IMG/VR virus record: IMGVR_UViG_3300009788_000088
From: a virus
Reading direction: 5' to 3' (one strand)
DNA length: 64,000 nt
Shown piece after piece: positions 63,601 through 64,000 of the stretch. The notes below the pieces were generated by a model. The model was not told the DNA's origin. It did not search any database and saw only the letters and a program-made list of their open reading frames with translations. Numbering within the stretch: the stretch's first letter is position 1; every line of letters begins with the position of its first letter. The position numbers and the translations under genes are program-made.

Positions 63601-63993
63601 ATGGCCGAAATACGAACTTATCATTTTTCAGATATCAGCAAGCGATTCACTCCAAACGCTTATCGAGACATCTCTATTAAAAAAGATGAAGATGCCGTTA
63701 AAGAATCTGTGCTGAATATCTTACTCACAAACAAATTCGAACGTCCAGACCGACCCGAATTTGGTTGTGGGATTCGTGGTCTTCTATTCAAAGAACTTTC
63801 CCGGAAGACAGTGTTTGCGTTGGATAGAATTATTCATGAACAGTTGACAAGATGGGAGCCCCGGATTGATATCCGATTTCTGAGCATTGATCCGGATTAC
63901 ACGAACCAAGGATATAGAGTTCGATTAGTAGTTAATATCATCGGAACTACCCGGACAGTTGAACTAAACTTTTTCCTTGAAAAGATACGATAA
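63601..63993 (+). CDS. 25: baseplate wedge gp25
   Basis: AVKxSxxNILLT..ERP..PEFG, WEPR. Confidence 0.93.
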   Translation: MAEIRTYHFSDISKRFTPNAYRDISIKKDEDAVKESVLNILLTNKFERPDRPEFGCGIRGLLFKELSRKTVFALDRIIHEQLTRWEPRIDIRFLSIDPDYTNQGYRVRLVVNIIGTTRTVELNFFLEKIR

Positions 63994-64000
63994 GAGGGAC

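Noticed and set aside
1-64000. Stop-codon recoding, CRISPR array, introns/inteins, integrase or transposon
   Set aside because: Core genes are intact in code 11 at expected lengths; no suppressor tRNA, repeat-spacer array or mobile-element gene was seen.

Overview
64 kb of a divergent T4-like (Tevenvirus-type) myophage genome in the standard genetic code. 1-19 kb (minus strand) is an accessory region. It holds 25 tRNA genes covering all 20 amino acids (several structurally atypical), a circularly permuted two-piece tmRNA (tag ANAPVEMAA) and a dense run of about ten unidentified structured RNAs, each closed by its own terminal helix. Small ORFs are interleaved (dCMP deaminase, PNK-like kinase, DEDDh exonuclease, secreted Fn3 protein). 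19-31 kb (minus) carries dsbA, a RuvC-like resolvase, dNMP kinase, gp46/47, late sigma gp55, uvsW/uvsY, gp3 and a block of probable head-internal proteins. 31-54 kb (plus) is the late structural module (gp2, portal, sheath, tube, baseplate, DUF4815/VrlC-like protein, three fibre proteins). 54-60 kb (minus) is an early region with repeated sigma70 promoters and a SpoT/Mesh1-like HD hydrolase. 60-64 kb (plus) has rnh, gp41, gp5 and gp25. Three promoter classes are visible: early TTGACA-17-TATATT, a putative middle RTAACA-17-TAnnAW, and late TATAAATA. The main candidates for novelty are the ncRNA array with the permuted tmRNA, a late sRNA carrying an anti-Shine-Dalgarno sequence, and a -1 frameshift joining gp26 to gp51. 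All RNA structures were folded by eye and protein calls are from motif recognition and synteny; no searches were run.
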